Positions 61,323 through 64,000 of a stretch of DNA of 64,000 nt are shown piece after piece. Within the stretch, counting starts at the first letter, position 1; each line of letters begins with the position of its first letter. Both the position numbers and the translations under genes were made by a program. Below the pieces are notes generated by a model, which did not search any database, was not told the DNA's origin, and worked only from the letters and a program-made list of their open reading frames with translations. Source of the DNA: Sarea resinae (taxonomy: Eukaryota); NCBI GenBank assembly GCA_026026165.1, contig JAPEUD010000030.1, positions 1 to 64,000 on the forward strand, read 5' to 3'.

Positions 61323-62500
61323 TCAAAACACAATCCCACCACCTAGAAAGAGAGGAGACACGATCATCAGCCCCGAGCTCTCTCGTCACATTATGGATAA
61401 CGATGAAGCACTCACCATCCACAACCAAATCCGCCCCATTGATGTAGCTCCCAGCAGCCCCAACCAGCAAGACCAATGGGCCCGCCAATTCCTCTGGCAG
61501 CCCCATCCTGCCCATCGGATTCCTCTCCGCCCAGCTACGTCGCGCGTCCGCCAGTCCGTCGCCTGCGTTCAGGATCGTGTCCATGTACCCCGGCGAGAGC
61601 GAATTCACGCGGATCCCATGCCGGGCCCATTCGGCTGCTAGCGAGGACTTCAAGGCTAGCACCGCTGCTTTGGATACGTTGTAGGCGGACTGCGGCTGGG
61701 GGTAGTTGACGCGGTGCGCAGAGATCGAGGCGATTAGCGTAATGGTTCCTGGGGTCTTTTGGTGGACCATCTGTCTGTTTGTGGTTTGTGATTTAGATAG
61801 GAGAATGACGGGGGAGCAAGAGACAGACGAAAAAGAACGGGAAAAGAAGGTGACATACTTTGCGACCGCTTGCGCGCATAGAAATGCCCCTGTGGTGTTG
61901 ATGTCCAACGTCCTACGCCACTCCTCTGACCCCATCTCGATCGCATGCGTACAGCCTACGACCCCGGCGAAGCAGCACAGATGATCTACCGACCCGAGCC
62001 TGGCTACCAATTCCTCCATCGCGGAGTCAACGCTTGCGGAATCCCTCACGTTGACACGCGTGGCAAAGACAGTGGCATGTGGAAAATCCTTCCTGAGAGC
62101 GTCTACGGAGGAAGGCGCCGGATTGACGTCCCAGAGGGCGAGGCCCGTGAGGCCATGCTCGAGGAGGGCCCGCGCGCCTTCCAGGGCTAGTGTTCCCGTT
62201 CCTCCTGTCACTGCCCGATGATGGTGTTTCAGCGTCGTCGTTCATGCTCCAAGGCGACAGAAGACAAAAGCTCGTCCAACAGGTTGCAGCTTCTGTAGTC
62301 CCCAAGGTGTGTACTGGTGCTCACATACCGACGGCGTTCCCTTCGACTGCAAACCTCCTCAGTGCCCTCCCTGTAGCATCCAGATAGTGCGGCATTGGTG
62401 GAGGCGGTCCCGTCATCGAGCCAAACGATCCGTCGGAGAGCTGCATCTCCGGCAACTTGCGATTGGTGAGAGCATCGCGAGCGGCGGTGCTTTCTGGCAT
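61323..62500 (-). CDS. Short-chain dehydrogenase/reductase (D-arabinitol dehydrogenase / sorbose reductase-like), 4 exons
   Basis: RFAVEGNAV/VTGGTGTLA, FAGVVGC, IASISAH.VNYPQPQSAYNVSK (YxxxK), RVNSLSPGYMDT, VVDGG. Confidence 0.88.
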
Positions 62501-64000
62501 GGTGTATGACCTTGCTTGGAGATTAAGAAGACAATTTTGAGAGATGGTGAATATGTAAAGGGCTTGAATGAAGACAGCAATTGATTCCGAAAGATGAAAA
62601 ATCAGGCCGAAAATAAATGCAACTGAACACGGCGTTGAATGGTGAAAGGCTTTCCAGGATGTCTACATCTAGGCACCCTTTCAAAAACAGATGACTTTCG
62701 GAAGTGACGTGAAGGGATCCCTAAATTCCAAAGCAGAGAAAAGCGAACTCCGAAGAGCTTTCGACAGATCAAGTCAAACAAAGCTAGAAATATGACGGGG
62801 TTTTCAGGGTAGAATGTGTGCCCTCTCAACAATCAGGCACGCAGCGAAGACTTGAGATGGTCAAGGAAGGGGGTCCATGTGCAAGGTGAGCTAGAGGGAC
62901 GATCAGAATGGCGGGGCAGGGCGGGCCAGGGGTCATCCGGCGTAGCAAGGTTTGCCGAGCTGTATGTAGCGTACTCCAGGCTGCATTGTTGACGGCGAAA
63001 GAATGAGAAGAAAGCCAGCAGATGGCAACAGGAAGATGAATTCAGGATTGATGTCAGATCCTTCCGACTGCTCGATGGGCGCTATGCTTCTGGAGCATCT
63101 GGAAAGTCTCTCATGGCAATCAAATATCACCGACTAAATAGACAAAGGCTGGATCGCAAAACATCGAAAAATGCAAAAAGCTCAGACCACTCTATTGAGC
63201 GGTCCTACGAAACCCCCATTGGGATTATCTCATTGGCTTCTTTGTTAATAGCCAGGATTGAAAGGGGATCTCATATCATTATGTCGGAACTTCGTAAGGT
63301 AATACACAAGCGGGGCCTCTACTTCAAATACTGCGACGGGTCATGGCGTATGTAGAGGCGTGCTTGTATAGGGCCAACTGCTATTCACATCATATCGAAA
63401 CCATCAAGTGCGATAATCATTCATTACTTTATAGCAGCAGCGCGTTTATACCACTACGCCATACAACCTTTCGTTATAATATCTTGCTGCTCATAGACTT
63501 ATATGCTTCCAAAGTCTGCTATTCACTGTGTTTTGCGAAAAAGTCCTCCAGCTGCTTCGGCGGGAATCGAACGCTTACGAATGACTGCGCAGTACACAGG
63601 CGAAGACAGCTCTCTGCCTTACTCAGAAAAATCACAGTCATTCCCATCACCTTTCGCTCTTAGGGGCCATTGCCCAGTGTACGACACCATCCCATCGGGA
63701 AATGATCTTCGAACTCTGTCGATTCTTGCCAATCCCAATTGATTTACGGTGTCGCTGAAGAAAACTAAGCCTACTAAGGGCAATAATGAGACCAGGACCA
63801 GTGCTTTATAGAAGGACTCGTCGTCCCGTCTGGCAATGCTATACTGTAAAATTGAACACTTTGGACCATCGGTCTCTCAGTCTTTGCCATGACCTTCACT
63901 ATAGGAGACTTACTCGTTGTCCTTGACAAGACTATTCTCAACCCTTTCGTGGCCGTGCTGCTACCTGCTTATCTTCAATTCTGTACCGACAGCAAAGTAA

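Noticed and set aside
62600..64000. Short ORFs at the window end
   Set aside because: No recognisable domain, codon bias or consistent splice pattern; treated as intergenic or unresolved.

Overview
Gene-dense, intron-rich DNA from a filamentous ascomycete (Pezizomycotina), inferred from short GT-AG introns with CTRAC branch points and the gene set. I resolved about 22 protein-coding genes by reading the sequence; no database search was run. Most are housekeeping genes (MED7, MRH4, BSD/DOS2-like, IND1/NUBPL, BFR2, RAD4/XPC, TSR2, ILS1, YRB30, SUP35, CWC16/CCDC130-like, CYS4) or metabolic and membrane genes (PTH11-like receptor, carboxylesterase, GH5 exo-glucanase, MFS, PAP2 phosphatase, HSL-type lipase, SDR). 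The most unusual items are: (1) a HeLo-like/NACHT/WD40 fungal NLR whose nine 126-nt repeats show recent triplet duplication; (2) an unrecognised coiled-coil gene built from duplicated 126-nt exon-plus-intron units followed by repeats of 32+7n residues; (3) a RAD4 tail with five XPA-like GGGF motifs, head-to-head with an unknown SQ/TQ-rich gene across an MCB-like promoter; (4) microsatellite and G-tract rich zones, with high GC in neighbouring codons, at convergent gene ends; (5) 6-13 nt micro-exons; (6) a recurrent GATAAG/GATC promoter element. No rRNA, tRNA, CRISPR array or intact transposon was recognised.
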